Shown here: positions 34,903 through 36,031 of the stretch, piece by piece
How positions within the stretch are numbered: the stretch's first letter is position 1
Layout: every line of letters begins with the position of its first letter
Source: an uncultured Gammaproteobacteria bacterium
GTDB lineage: Bacteria > Patescibacteriota > Microgenomatia > UBA10105 > UBA927
Assembly: GCA_964582845.1 (NCBI GenBank)
Contig: CAZOTW010000003.1
Span: 4,790-40,820 of the forward strand
DNA length: 36,031 bases
Reading direction: 5' to 3'
Notes under the pieces: generated by a model
What the model was told of the DNA's origin: nothing
Database searches by the model: none
Seen by the model: only the letters and a program-made list of their open reading frames with translations
Translations under genes and position numbers: made by a program

Positions 34903-35322
34903 ATGAATAAAATTACCAAACCTACCAAAGCATCAGAAATTACCAGAAGTTGGCACCTTGTCGACGTGAAAGATCAGGTGCTCGGGCGAGTTGCGACGGG
35001 TATTGCCCAAAAACTCATGGGGAAGTATAAGCCAAATTTTGTTCGTCATCTCGATTGTGGGGATTACGTTGTCGTTATTAACGCAAAATATGTTACGGTG
35101 ACAGGGAAGAAAGAAAAAGAAAAGCTATACGGCAATTATTCCGGTCATCCGGGCGGGCTCAAACAAAAAGCGTTCTGGCAGGTGCTTCGCGAGAAACCGA
35201 CGGAACCGATTCATCATGCGGTTTTTGGGATGTTGCCGAAAAATAAACTGCGTGATAGACTGATCACTCGCTTATATATATATCCGGAATCGGAGCATCC
35301 ATATAAAGATAAATTTAAATAA
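34903..35322 (+). CDS. rplM: 50S ribosomal protein L13
   Basis: ..W.LVD...Q.LGR.A..IA..L.GK.KP.F..H.D.GD.VVVINA. Confidence 0.95.
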   Translation: MNKITKPTKASEITRSWHLVDVKDQVLGRVATGIAQKLMGKYKPNFVRHLDCGDYVVVINAKYVTVTGKKEKEKLYGNYSGHPGGLKQKAFWQVLREKPTEPIHHAVFGMLPKNKLRDRLITRLYIYPESEHPYKDKFK

Positions 35323-35325
35323 CCT

Positions 35326-35814
35326 ATGCCAAAGACGACGACTCCACCCATAAAACCAGTTGAAGAAAAAAAGAGCGATAATGTGACCTATTATGAAGCG
35401 CTTGGCAGGCGAAAAGTTGCAAGCGCCCGCGTGCGATTATATGTAGTTAACGAAGGCTCCATGACCCTCGGCGGCGTAGTAATGGAAAAGGGAAGTATGT
35501 ATGTAAACGGACTTCCCGTTGAAAAATATTTTCCGGGAGAAGTATACAAAAAAATGTATCAGGAGCCGTTTCGTACGACAAATACACTCAATCGATTCGT
35601 CGTAAGCGTGAAAGCAAGCGGTGGGGGATTAGTGGGGCAGCTGGCGGCAACGATTCATGGTATTTCGCGCGCTTTGGAAAAAGTCGATAAAGAGAAATTC
35701 CGCCCGATTCTAAAAAAACGAGGATTTCTTACTCGCGACCCACGGGCCAAGCAGCGCCGCAAAGCCGGATTTGCTGGGAAAGCAAGAGCGCGCAAACAAA
35801 GTCCAAAACGATAA
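35326..35814 (+). CDS. rpsI: 30S ribosomal protein S9 (N-terminal extension)
   Basis: ..GRRK...ARV.L..G.G...VNG.. and a C-terminal ..RD.R...RKK.G...ARK..Q.SKR. Confidence 0.95.
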   Translation: MPKTTTPPIKPVEEKKSDNVTYYEALGRRKVASARVRLYVVNEGSMTLGGVVMEKGSMYVNGLPVEKYFPGEVYKKMYQEPFRTTNTLNRFVVSVKASGGGLVGQLAATIHGISRALEKVDKEKFRPILKKRGFLTRDPRAKQRRKAGFAGKARARKQSPKR

Positions 35815-36031
35815 TATCAGCGCGCTTGAAGCCCCGTCGATCGCTCCACGAGCCGTCGGAGTTTATCCTGAACAATGTTGAAGGAAATAGTAGGGAACAG
35901 GCGAGTGGTAAGATCGTTTGGGGGCAAGAGCGAGGAAACAATCACCGAAGCGGTAAAACTATATTTTTTGTATCCTCTTTATTTAGCAGATAAACTGCCT
36001 GCAGTCCTGAGCGAAGTCGAAGGGCAGTCTC

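Noticed and set aside
35943-35956. Glycine-riboswitch-like block CACCGAAGCGGTAA
   Set aside because: The upstream GGAGAG core and helices are missing and the block itself deviates from ACCGAAGGGGCAA. This is insufficient evidence.

Overview
This window looks like a small-genome bacterium of the Candidate Phyla Radiation (Patescibacteria) type. That placement is an inference from three things: no rpmD between rpsE and rplO, extended ribosomal proteins, and a recurring GA-mismatch hairpin repeat. The window holds the 3' two-thirds of rpoC, then rpsL-rpsG, then an accessory insertion of about 11.5 kb (3596-15125) that splits the normally contiguous str operon. After the insertion come fusA-tuf-rpsJ and the complete S10/spc/alpha ribosomal superoperon (rplC to rplQ, including secY, adk, cmk, map, infA, rpmJ and rpoA), followed by rplM-rpsI. 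The insertion carries two flavodoxins, an AlkA-like glycosylase, a CvpA-CAP fusion, a clear TPP riboswitch in front of a Nudix-like gene, an EamA transporter, an APH-family kinase and several orphans. Its core (about 10.45-13.67 kb) is a visibly AT-rich island divided by three copies of a ~70-bp palindrome-plus-hairpin repeat. Two of those copies abut relic copies of the 3' end of the flavodoxin gene at 8478-8960. The island holds two two-gene cassettes, each with its own promoter. One pairs a DUF4365-like PD-(D/E)xK nuclease with a 385-aa orphan and is my best candidate for an undescribed defence-type system. The other pairs a 2-TM protein with a small helical protein. I recognised no integrase, transposase, CRISPR array, rRNA or tRNA. 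All family assignments come from motif reading by eye, not from searches.
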